The position numbers and the translations under genes were made by a program. Positions 47,567 to 56,281 of a DNA stretch of 64,000 bases are shown here, piece after piece; positions within the stretch are counted from its first letter, which is position 1, and each line of letters opens with the position of its first letter. The stretch lies in NCBI GenBank assembly GCA_963422735.1, contig OY730476.1, positions 1,600,001 to 1,664,000 of the forward strand, in the 5' to 3' direction. The notes under the pieces are model-generated. The model had not been told where the DNA came from. It searched no databases and worked only from the letters and a program-made list of their open reading frames with translations. Source of the DNA: Candidatus Latescibacterota bacterium. GTDB lineage: Bacteria; Latescibacterota; UBA2968; UBA8231.

Positions 47567-49030
47567 TTACACTAGCCGCTCCAAATTAGCGCGAAATAAC
47601 GCGCGCGGCAGCATGCCTTCGAGCAGGCGGCCTCCCTCTCTGGCGATGGCGCGACAGACGGTCCACGGCCCAAAGCGACAGAAGATTTCGCCTTTGAGGC
47701 CCGTGGGCGGATCGCAGTAGATTGGACCCCCCGCGAACAGGTCCTGTAGTTGGGGCCAGTTCAACTCGACGCTGGGACCCTGCATGAGATGTCCCCACAG
47801 GGCGACGGTTTGCTGGGACAGGTAGTAGTACTCTTTGTGGTGGCGGGCAACCCTCATGCCGCTGCGGACGAAGTAGGGCAGATGCTCTTGGATGGCTGGG
47901 CCGAGCGATGGCTGCCGGCACAGATGGCGGTTGCTGAGGGTGAATATCTGCTCCGGAGGGCAGGGTAGGGTGCCGCTCCACCGGCCTTCGATGGCGCGCC
48001 GGGACTCGGCGGCGGCGGGATCGGTCGCCGAGGCATCCCAAGCAGGCGCGTCTTCGGGGCTTGGCGTCGGTGCGCGTTTGGAGAGGCAAGCGACGAAAGC
48101 CCCTTCGGTGTCGTGGTGGTGGGGCCAGACGCGGACGCAGTGGGCAAACCCGGGCGGGAACTGGGCAGCCAGCGCATCCGGCAGCAGCGGCCCTGCGAAC
48201 TCTGCGATGGGGAGGATAGCCACATCTTCTCTATAGCGGCGCAACAGCCCGAGGAGCACTTCTTCGTTTTCCTCCAGCGAGAGTGAGCACGTCGAGTACA
48301 CTAAGGTGCCGCTAGGGCGCAGCATCTGGTAGGCAGCGCGCAAGAGGCCCTTCTGCTGCTGTGCGAGGCGTTGGGCGTCTTGCGGCGACCAGTAGGCGAG
48401 CATGTTCTGGTCTTTGCGCACGATGCCGTCGCCCGAGCAGGGGGCATCTACTAAGATGCGGTCGAAAAAGTTGGGGAAGTAACGCGCCAGCATGGTCCCT
48501 GGGGCTTGGGTCAAGACGTGATTGGCGACCCCACAGCGCTCCAAATTGCCCACGAGGGCCGGCATGCGCTTGCGCTGGAGTTCATTGGCCAGCAGCAGGC
48601 CACTGTTTTGCATTCGTGCGGCAATCTGGGTGGACTTGCCGCCCGGGGCGGCGCATAGGTCGAGGACGCGCTCGCCGGGCTGAGGGGCTAGTACCTCGAC
48701 AGCTAGCATGGGGGCCTTGGCTTGGACGTAATACGCGCCCATGGCGTGTTCAATGGTCTGGCCGAGGTTCGCGTCGCTTTCTGGCAAGGCGAAGCCCTCG
48801 CTGCACCAAGGCACGCGTTGGCCGCACTGATGCAAGTGAAGCCGTACGTGCTGCGCTTGCGCTTGGAGCGCGTTCAAGCGAAGCGAAGCTGGGGGGGGCG
48901 TACGCGAGCATTGATAAAAGGCCGCGCGCTCTTTGTCATTGGGCAACAGACGGCCAATGTACTGGAGCAGGGCCTGTAATTTATCCGGGTCGTACGCTTT
49001 GCGTGCAGGTGGGGTTGTCTGTTTATTCAT
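47567..49030 (-). CDS. RsmB/RsmF (NOL1/NOP2/Sun) RNA m5C methyltransferase
   Basis: LDLCAAPGGKS, ILVDAPCSG, LVYSTCS, ENE. Confidence 0.9.
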   Translation of the reverse strand: MNKQTTPPARKAYDPDKLQALLQYIGRLLPNDKERAAFYQCSRTPPPASLRLNALQAQAQHVRLHLHQCGQRVPWCSEGFALPESDANLGQTIEHAMGAYYVQAKAPMLAVEVLAPQPGERVLDLCAAPGGKSTQIAARMQNSGLLLANELQRKRMPALVGNLERCGVANHVLTQAPGTMLARYFPNFFDRILVDAPCSGDGIVRKDQNMLAYWSPQDAQRLAQQQKGLLRAAYQMLRPSGTLVYSTCSLSLEENEEVLLGLLRRYREDVAILPIAEFAGPLLPDALAAQFPPGFAHCVRVWPHHHDTEGAFVACLSKRAPTPSPEDAPAWDASATDPAAAESRRAIEGRWSGTLPCPPEQIFTLSNRHLCRQPSLGPAIQEHLPYFVRSGMRVARHHKEYYYLSQQTVALWGHLMQGPSVELNWPQLQDLFAGGPIYCDPPTGLKGEIFCRFGPWTVCRAIAREGGRLLEGMLPRALFRANLERLV

Positions 49031-49210
49031 CGGGCATCGGGCAGTTATTCAACAAATATCGGAATTTCCTAGTTTACGGTTGGGAATTCAGGTTTCATTT
49101 AGGCGATTTCACTCGGCATGCCCGTAGCCCTCGTCCGGGCCGCGGTCCCCCGCGTCGATGTTCCGAGGCCAGTCGCCGGGCACCCGTCGCCAAGAGGGCG
49201 GATGGGACGG

Positions 49211-49232
49211 ACCACTAACCACTAACCACTGA
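49211..49232. repeat. Short heptamer tandem repeat
   Basis: ACCACTA-ACCACTA-ACCACTG in intergenic DNA. Confidence 0.5.
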
Positions 49233-49288
49233 TTAAACAGTCCTTACTCTAGGAAAGTCCGATCAATATAACCCATACAGCAAGAGGC

Positions 49289-49963
49289 ATGGGCGTCGCA
49301 CGCTGCTTCATCGTCAGCGATCTGCACCTCGGATCGGCTTACTTTTACCATCGCAACTTTTCTTCTTGGTTGGATGCCTTGCCCCAAGGGGTGCCGCTCG
49401 TGCTCAACGGCGACGTTATGGATAAGCCGGGCCAAGCCTTGCCCGGTGCCCATCGGGTCGTGCTGGAGCGCATCGTGAGCGAGTCGCAATCCCGGCCCGT
49501 AATCTGGGTGTACGGCAATCGCGATGCCCAATTCAAACTGGCCGATCCGGGGCAGATCCGCTTTGTCGATAGCTGGCGGCTCGATCAGCGGCTGCTCGTA
49601 GTCCACGGCCATCGGCTCGACCAACTGATGCCTCGACACGCGGCGTTCAAATGGGCTTTCCGCCGCTTGCACCGTTGCCGCATCTGGCTTGGTGGGAGCA
49701 ATGCCCACGTGGCCGAGTACGCCAAGAAATGGCCTTTGCTCTATCGAATGCTCAACGAGCACGTAGCGCGCAACGCCCTGCGCGTGGCGCGGCAGGAGGG
49801 AGTTGATGCTGTGGTCTGCGGGCACACGCACGCGGCCATGGCGATTGAGCGGCAGGGTCGGTGCTACTTCAACACCGGTGCTTGGACCGAAAAACCTCTC
49901 CACTTTCTCGAAGTAGCCCCAGACCGCATGGCCCTGCATACATACGAGGACGCTTGTGATTAA
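49289..49963 (+). CDS. Calcineurin-like metallophosphoesterase (LpxH-like)
   Basis: SDLHLG, LNGD, GNRD, HGH, CGHTH, NTGAW. Confidence 0.82.
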   Translation: MGVARCFIVSDLHLGSAYFYHRNFSSWLDALPQGVPLVLNGDVMDKPGQALPGAHRVVLERIVSESQSRPVIWVYGNRDAQFKLADPGQIRFVDSWRLDQRLLVVHGHRLDQLMPRHAAFKWAFRRLHRCRIWLGGSNAHVAEYAKKWPLLYRMLNEHVARNALRVARQEGVDAVVCGHTHAAMAIERQGRCYFNTGAWTEKPLHFLEVAPDRMALHTYEDACD

Positions 49964-52148
49964 ATGGATGCTCTTATTGGTGGCGGCCGCGCGGCTGCCG
50001 GCTAGCGCGCAAGAGGTGGCTCTCGTCTGGCCGCTGCGTCTTGCACCGGCTCTGTCTTCCACCTTCGGCGAATCGCGTTCCCGAGCTTTCCACGCCGGCA
50101 TAGACCTCAAGACTTGGGGCGAGACCGGCCACCCCGTACAGGCCCTAGCCGACGGCTATATCTGGCGAGCGCGCACCTCGCCTTGGGGCTATGGCCGGGC
50201 CTTGTACCAGAAATTGGCCGATGGCCGCATTGTAGTATATGCCCATCTAGAGGACTTTGCCGCGCCCGTGGCCGAGCGCGTACAGCAAGCACAGCAGCAG
50301 CGCGGGCGCTATAGCGTGGATTTGTATTTCGAGGCCGGGGAGATTCCAGTGTTCGGCGGCGCGGTCATCGCTTGGAGTGGCCAGAGCGGAGCAGGCCCCC
50401 CCCATTTGCACTTAGAGTTGCGCGATGCAAATAACGTGGCAATCAATCCCCTCTTGCAGGGGTTCGCCATCGCCGATACGATCGCGCCGACCTTGCAACG
50501 AGTGGCCATCACGCCGCATGGCCATAGTGCCCAAGTCGAGGGCGGGCGCGATCCCTATGTGCTGAATTTGCGCTGGCAGCCGGGCCGGGGGGAGTTCACC
50601 GGAGCGCGGACCGTGCAGGTGCTCGGCCCGGTGAGTATCAGCGCGTTGATGTACGATCGCGCCGATGCGGCCCCCAACAAGCTAGCCCCCTATCGCGCGG
50701 CCTTGCACATCGATGGCGATCCGATTTTTGCCGCGCACTACGAACGGGTCGGATACGGCGATATGCACCAGATGTATTTGGACCGGCCGCTAACTGCTTT
50801 TAAGGGCGGGGTGGGTCGCTTTTACAACTTGTGCCGTCTGCCGGGCAATCGCCTCGAATTCTACGAGGGGCCTGACGATGGAATTCTGAACTTGGCCAAG
50901 GGGCGGCACGAAGCCGTCGTCGTTGTCGCGGATGTCAACGGCAACGAGAGCCGGGCGCGCTTTGGGTTGATGGTTGATGAACCGCCGGCCATTGCCGGAG
51001 CGCGGATCGTGGCTGAAGCGGACGGAACCTTTATCGAGGCGCGGCTGACCGATGCGGACGATCCGCTCGTGGAAGTAGAATTGGCCAGTTCTCGCGATGG
51101 CGAGACTTGGCGGCGCGTAGATCGGCGGCAGAGTCGCTCCGGCCCGCTCAAGTGGCGGATCCACCGGAATGCCCCCTACTGGCGGATCCGGGCGCGGGAT
51201 CCGGCGGGCGTCGCAGCCTTTGCCGTTTGTCGCCTGCCCGACGACGGGGCCGCTGCGCCGACCTTTTCCTTAGAGCGCCGTCCCCACACAGGTTTCGTGG
51301 AGCTCGTGATGCGCTACGCACGAGTGCCCAGCGCTGCGCCCTTAGTCCGCGCTGATAACGCTAATATCGCTCCCCGCCAGACCGGCTTGCGCGAGTTCCG
51401 GGTCGTAGTACCGCTCGATCCGAGGGATTCGGCAGCCGGGCCAGTTTTGCTGCGGACGCCGAAGGCAGCCGTACAAAAGGTCGTCCTCGACCGGCAGCTC
51501 GTGCAGCCGGGTGCCGTAGCCGAATTGACCTATGCCGGAGGCGAGGTCGAATTGGGTTTTGTCGCGGAGAGCGCGTACGCGCCGTTTTTCCCGCAGGTCG
51601 CGGCTTTTGAGCCGCGCGTGCCCGCTGCGCTAGTCGCGGCCGGGTCGGCTTTTGCCTTGGGGCCTGATGTTAGTTTCGATCGCAAGGTCTCGCTGCGCTT
51701 CCGCTACGACCGGGGAACGCTGCCGCCGGAGAAGTTAGGCATCTACCGAGAGGTCGCCGCTGAAAAGTGGACGCTCGTGGGCAACGAATGGGACGCGGTG
51801 CGCCGGCAGGTCGTGGGCCGGGTGCGCCACTTTGGCCGCTACGCGCTGTTGGCCGACTTGGAAGCCCCTCAGATCAGCATTGTGCAACCCGCAGAGGGGG
51901 CGGTTGTTGGCCCGCGCCCAGAAATTCGCGGTGCAGTGCGCGACCAAGGCGCAGGCATTGGGCGGGAAGAAGACCTTGAATTAGAGCTAGACGGACGCCC
52001 GCTGATCGCCGAATACGATCCAGAAGCCGGGCGCGTGTACGGGCATCTAGCGGAAGATTTGTCGCCGGGTATGCACCGCCTAGTACTGAGGGTGCGGGAT
52101 ATGAGCGGCAACCAAGCCGAGATCCATTCGGAGTTTACCGTGCGCTAG
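49956..52148 (+). CDS. M23 family metallopeptidase, secreted multidomain
   Basis: FGESR..FHAGIDLKT, YAHL, PHLHLE, INPL. Confidence 0.88.
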   Translation: MIKWMLLLVAAARLPASAQEVALVWPLRLAPALSSTFGESRSRAFHAGIDLKTWGETGHPVQALADGYIWRARTSPWGYGRALYQKLADGRIVVYAHLEDFAAPVAERVQQAQQQRGRYSVDLYFEAGEIPVFGGAVIAWSGQSGAGPPHLHLELRDANNVAINPLLQGFAIADTIAPTLQRVAITPHGHSAQVEGGRDPYVLNLRWQPGRGEFTGARTVQVLGPVSISALMYDRADAAPNKLAPYRAALHIDGDPIFAAHYERVGYGDMHQMYLDRPLTAFKGGVGRFYNLCRLPGNRLEFYEGPDDGILNLAKGRHEAVVVVADVNGNESRARFGLMVDEPPAIAGARIVAEADGTFIEARLTDADDPLVEVELASSRDGETWRRVDRRQSRSGPLKWRIHRNAPYWRIRARDPAGVAAFAVCRLPDDGAAAPTFSLERRPHTGFVELVMRYARVPSAAPLVRADNANIAPRQTGLREFRVVVPLDPRDSAAGPVLLRTPKAAVQKVVLDRQLVQPGAVAELTYAGGEVELGFVAESAYAPFFPQVAAFEPRVPAALVAAGSAFALGPDVSFDRKVSLRFRYDRGTLPPEKLGIYREVAAEKWTLVGNEWDAVRRQVVGRVRHFGRYALLADLEAPQISIVQPAEGAVVGPRPEIRGAVRDQGAGIGREEDLELELDGRPLIAEYDPEAGRVYGHLAEDLSPGMHRLVLRVRDMSGNQAEIHSEFTVR

Positions 52149-53155
52149 CGCAGCAGCACGGGGGCACCGGCTTGGCGCAGCGACGCCTGTGCGGCCTCCA
52201 AGACCCGCACGACGCGCAGCCCGTCGCGACCATCGCTGCGGGGCATCTGGCCGGTGCGCACGCACTCGGCGAAGTGCTGGCACTCCAGCTTGAGTGGCTC
52301 GGCCATTTGCAGCCGCGGAATGACGACATCGCCAAAGCGCAGCGCGATGGAGTCGCCATAAGAGTCGTATTGCGGTCGCTCGGCCGATTTGTCGTAGATG
52401 CGCACCTTTTCTGTGCTTTCCACATCGTCAAATACAGCCATCTTGAGGCTGCCGACCACGGTCAGGCGGCGGATGCGGTGCGGGTCGAGCCAAGAGATCT
52501 GCATCTGCGCCATCTTGCCATCGGCAAAGTGCAAATTGGCAAAGACCACGTCTTCAATGTCGGGTTGTAGATAGCACTCGCCGCGAGCGCTGACCGCGTC
52601 TGGCTCTTGGCCGAGCAGGTACAGGATGACCGATATGTCGTGTGGTGCCAAGCTCCATAAGGCATTTTCGTCGCTGCGGACAATGCCCAAGTTGACGCGC
52701 TGAGAGTACAGATAATACAAGTCGCCTAGCCCGCCTTCCCTTACTAAATCATGTAGCATTTGCACGGCTGGGTGGTACTTCAGCAGGTGCCCGACCATCA
52801 GTACCCGGTCCCGTTCTACGGCTAATTCGACTAAGTGGGCCGACGTGGCGGTGCCGAGGGTCATGGGCTTTTCGACGTACACGTGCTTGCCCCGCTCTAG
52901 AGCGCGCCGGGCCAATTCGTAGTGGTCGGCGGCCGGGACGGCCAATACTACGGCGTCGAGCGCGTCGTCGCCGAGCACCTCATCGTAGCTGGCGGTGATT
53001 GGGACCTCCGGGTACTGGTGCTGGATGGCACTGCGGGTTTCCGGGCTAGCGTCGCAGATTTGGCGCAGATGTACGTCGGGCAAGTCGCGGAAGACGCGCA
53101 CTAGATTCTTGCCCCAATACCCAGCGCCGACGCAGGCGATTTGGACGCAGCTCAT
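52145..53155 (-). CDS. Gfo/Idh/MocA oxidoreductase (sugar-nucleotide type)
   Basis: GAGYWG, VEKPM, WSLAPHDIS, SWLDPH. Confidence 0.9.
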   Translation of the reverse strand: MSCVQIACVGAGYWGKNLVRVFRDLPDVHLRQICDASPETRSAIQHQYPEVPITASYDEVLGDDALDAVVLAVPAADHYELARRALERGKHVYVEKPMTLGTATSAHLVELAVERDRVLMVGHLLKYHPAVQMLHDLVREGGLGDLYYLYSQRVNLGIVRSDENALWSLAPHDISVILYLLGQEPDAVSARGECYLQPDIEDVVFANLHFADGKMAQMQISWLDPHRIRRLTVVGSLKMAVFDDVESTEKVRIYDKSAERPQYDSYGDSIALRFGDVVIPRLQMAEPLKLECQHFAECVRTGQMPRSDGRDGLRVVRVLEAAQASLRQAGAPVLLR

Positions 53156-53943
53156 GCGCGTTGGAAATAAGTGTCGATGTCGGCAGCCAGGCGCGCGAGG
53201 GCTTGGCTGCCCTCGGCATGGGGGTGCGCTCTTACGACCGGCTCACCCGCGTCGGCTTGGCTGCGGACGAGCGGGTCGAGCGGAATTTCGCCCAGATAGG
53301 GAATGCCCAAGCGGCTGGCTGTGGCACGGCCCCCTCCGGTTCCGAAAATGGGATCGGCATGGCCGCAGTTGTCGCAGCGGAAATAGCTCATGTTCTCAAC
53401 CAAGCCGACGATGGGCACCTCGGTCTGGCGGAACATCTCGACGCCGCGACGCACGTCTTCGAGGGCAATGGCCGAGGGCGTGGTGACGATCAAGGCCGCA
53501 GTCAAGGGTGCCACTTGGGTCAGCGTGATTTGTACGTCTCCGGTCCCGGGGGGCAGGTCTATGAGCAGGAAGTCGAGCTCGCCCCAAGTGACGTTGAAGA
53601 GGAATTGGTGCATCATCTTGGCCAGCATGGGACCGCGCCACACGACCGGGGTACCTGGGTCGATTAGCAACCCCATGGAAATGGCTTTGAGACCGTGCCC
53701 GGACAAGGGGTGGATGCGGCCGTCCGTTGCGGTGGGTCGGCCCTCTATGCCTAGCAGACCCGGAATGTTGGGGCCGTAGATGTCGGCGTCGAGCAAGCCG
53801 ACCTGTAGCCCTTGGTGGGCCAAGCTCACGGCCAAGTTGGCGCAGAGCGTGGACTTGCCAACGCCGCCCTTGCCGCTGGCTATGGCTAGTGTATCTTTAA
53901 TGCCGGGAATGGGTTGGCGGTTGTGGGTTTGTGGGGAGTTCAC
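53152..53943 (-). CDS. mrp: Mrp/ApbC Fe-S cluster carrier ATPase
   Basis: SGKGGVGKST, DADIYGP, WRGPM, DLPPGTGD, ENMS...CDNC. Confidence 0.93.
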   Translation of the reverse strand: MNSPQTHNRQPIPGIKDTLAIASGKGGVGKSTLCANLAVSLAHQGLQVGLLDADIYGPNIPGLLGIEGRPTATDGRIHPLSGHGLKAISMGLLIDPGTPVVWRGPMLAKMMHQFLFNVTWGELDFLLIDLPPGTGDVQITLTQVAPLTAALIVTTPSAIALEDVRRGVEMFRQTEVPIVGLVENMSYFRCDNCGHADPIFGTGGGRATASRLGIPYLGEIPLDPLVRSQADAGEPVVRAHPHAEGSQALARLAADIDTYFQRA

Positions 53944-54025
53944 TGGAGTTCCTGCTGCGTAGTGGAAAATTTGGAGTATAGAAGAAAGACCTTCTCACGG
54001 CAAGGGGGATGGGGGCGGGGAGAGG

Positions 54026-54182
54026 TTCAATGACCCGCAAGGCAACTACGCCATCAACCTACAATTCGGCGACGTTAGGCCGTTTTCGGAAGGATTGGCG
54101 GCGGTACGGATCGGCGACGGGGAGACAGGCAAGTGGGGCTCAAATTCGACGGAGTAGGGCCTTTTCGGAAGGATTAGTAGTG
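54026..54182 (+). pseudogene. WG (KWG) repeat protein remnant
   Basis: FNDPQGNYAINLQFGDVRPFSEGLAAVRIGDGETGKWG, then a second out-of-frame FSEGLVV unit. Confidence 0.7.
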
Positions 54183-54242
54183 CCTCTTTCGGCACCTTCT
54201 CCCATTCGTGCCAGAATTTCTGACCTGTGTAGGACAAGTAGA

Positions 54243-54383
54243 GGCGGCATCGAAGCCAAGATTGACGCCAACCGCGAGACCCTCGAAGCCAAAATAGACG
54301 GGCTGTATCGTTGGGTGATACCGCTTCAGATAACGACGATCTTAGCGGTCGAGGGGCTGGCGTTCAAGGCGTTTAGCGGCTAG
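54243..54383 (+). pseudogene. Coiled-coil plus C-terminal TM remnant (DUF1640/CCDC90-like)
   Basis: IEAKIDANRETLEAKIDGLYRWVIPLQITTILAV; no proper start. Confidence 0.45.
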
Positions 54384-54485
54384 AGCCGAACAAAACGACG
54401 CGGCGGCCGGGGAATGGATCGCCTCACTGGACCTAACCCCGGCCCCTTCCCTGCGAGAGAAGTAAGTAGAGCGATAGGAGTTCCA

Positions 54486-55349
54486 ATGCACTTTACCATC
54501 ATGTATAGGATCGCGCTTTTAGTGATCGTTTTGGCCCCCTTGGGTTGCACGAATGTCAACCAGATGCACAAGCTCTATCAGGAGGGAGACCACTCGCAGT
54601 TAGATCGGATTATGGAGATCGTCTCCCGTCAGGACTACCCTTATGCTACGCGGCGCAAGGCCGCACGCATTCTCGGCGAGATCGGCGACCCGCGCGCCGT
54701 GCCGGTGCTGAAAATGGCACTCCAAGACTACGACCAGCGCACCACGCTCAAGCAGGACGCGCTCCGCTCCCTAGGCACCATCGGCGACCGGAGCGCAACC
54801 CCGGATATAGGGAGGTTACTCGATCGATCGCTCAATACGGCCGACGCCGAGTTGCGAATGGCCGCCATTGAAGCACTCGGGAAGATGGGGGGGACCAAGG
54901 CGGCTGAAATTTTGGTCAATGCCCTCGGCTACTACGACATACTCACCCTGCGCTCTGAGCAGCGAACCCGTCGGGGGGTGTTCACCGGCGAGGAGCGACC
55001 CTTTCCCTACGGGCCCTATGGACGGCTCGACGCCGACTCCACGGGAGGCCCGCGGCGCTATCCAAATGTGGGACTAGATCCCTTTGGGGAGGGGGGGCAG
55101 CCCCGAGTGAGCATGTTCGGTACGCCCATCGAGCCTACGCAGATGGAATACGACCCCACCCCCGAGGAGCGCACCCTAACCCATCAGGCTATTACAGCGG
55201 TAGGGACGGACGCCATTCCGGTGGTTGAAAACTACCTAGACAGCCTGCGTGTAAGCCCGACTTTGCGCAGGGAACTGCTGGTCATTATAGGCGAAATTAC
55301 AGGCACTCCGCCGCCAGTAAAAGTTGATTCCACAGCCTCCCGCCTGTAA
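54486..55349 (+). CDS. HEAT/PBS-lyase repeat lipoprotein
   Basis: RBS AGGAG, lipobox PLGC, repeats AARILGEIGD, ALRSLGTIGD, AIEALGKMG. Confidence 0.8.
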   Translation: MHFTIMYRIALLVIVLAPLGCTNVNQMHKLYQEGDHSQLDRIMEIVSRQDYPYATRRKAARILGEIGDPRAVPVLKMALQDYDQRTTLKQDALRSLGTIGDRSATPDIGRLLDRSLNTADAELRMAAIEALGKMGGTKAAEILVNALGYYDILTLRSEQRTRRGVFTGEERPFPYGPYGRLDADSTGGPRRYPNVGLDPFGEGGQPRVSMFGTPIEPTQMEYDPTPEERTLTHQAITAVGTDAIPVVENYLDSLRVSPTLRRELLVIIGEITGTPPPVKVDSTASRL

Positions 55350-55350
55350 G

Positions 55351-55379
55351 TTGACAAGGATACGCCCAGCGCATATTAT
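55351..55379 (+). promoter_or_regulatory. Sigma70 promoter
   Basis: TTGACA-N17-TATTAT. Confidence 0.7.
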
Positions 55380-55510
55380 GAGACGATTCCAACCGAAAAA
55401 TCACCAAAATACGCGATAGGCCCACCCCGTTCAGAATGGAATAGGCGGACGCCTAATTCGTCTGCTACCCCGGTCTAAAGGCCAAGTATAGTTCGAGGTT
55501 TTTACCCATT

Positions 55511-56281
55511 ATGGAAAGCGATATAGGCCCAATCCTCGGCGATTGGAAATACGCCCCAGGCGAGTTAAGCGTGCGCAAGATACGAAGCGGCAACGGCAGT
55601 GCAAAGCTCCAAATCCGCATGGATCTGGGCTTGATGCAGCTAGAATGGCGGGGGCGTCCCGACGCGCTCCGTCCGCACGGTTATGTGTCGCTGTTGGATT
55701 ACTACTGCCAAAAGCGACGCGAGTGGGAGGAAGCGCACGGCCCGGGCACCTTTAGCCTCTCGCACGAGGATTGTTCCAAGCTGGCCCAAGAGGCCATGAA
55801 ATACTACTGGCGGCGGATCGGTTTTTTTGAACTGAAGGAATACGAGCGGGCCGAAGAGGATGCCAAGCACAACCTCGCCATCCTCGACTTGTGCTACGAA
55901 TACGCCGAAGAGGACGAAGACCGCCAGTTAGCCGAACAATACCGCGTCTTTGTCACAGCACATCGGGTGCAGGCGCGAGCGCTGGCCTGTCTAGAGGCCG
56001 AAAACCACGCCGAGGCCCTAACCGAGATCCGCCGGGGTATTGCCGAGATCGAGGCGTTTCTCGCCAAAATTGGCCAATTGGACCAGCTCGACGAGTGCCC
56101 TGAGTTGCTCTTTTTGCGCGAGTGGGAAGGCGAAATAGAGAGCACCCGGCCGCGCACGCTGCGCGAGCGGCTGATGGCCGATTTACAGGCCGCGGTTGAG
56201 GCGGAGCGGTTCGAGTTGGCCGCTTCGCTCAGGGACCGCTTGCGTTCGCTCGAGACCGAGCAAGCCGGCAGGTTGCCTTGA
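55511..56281 (+). CDS. UvrB/UvrC-motif-containing protein (paralog 2)
   Basis: QIRMDLGLMQL, GRPDALRPHG..LLDYY, C-terminal LQAAVEAERFELAASLRDRL. Confidence 0.8.
   Translation: MESDIGPILGDWKYAPGELSVRKIRSGNGSAKLQIRMDLGLMQLEWRGRPDALRPHGYVSLLDYYCQKRREWEEAHGPGTFSLSHEDCSKLAQEAMKYYWRRIGFFELKEYERAEEDAKHNLAILDLCYEYAEEDEDRQLAEQYRVFVTAHRVQARALACLEAENHAEALTEIRRGIAEIEAFLAKIGQLDQLDECPELLFLREWEGEIESTRPRTLRERLMADLQAAVEAERFELAASLRDRLRSLETEQAGRLP

Noticed and set aside
48361-50110. 285-aa (+) and 288-aa (-) ORFs
   Set aside because: They overlap the well-supported methyltransferase and phosphoesterase genes on opposite strands and have low-complexity composition.
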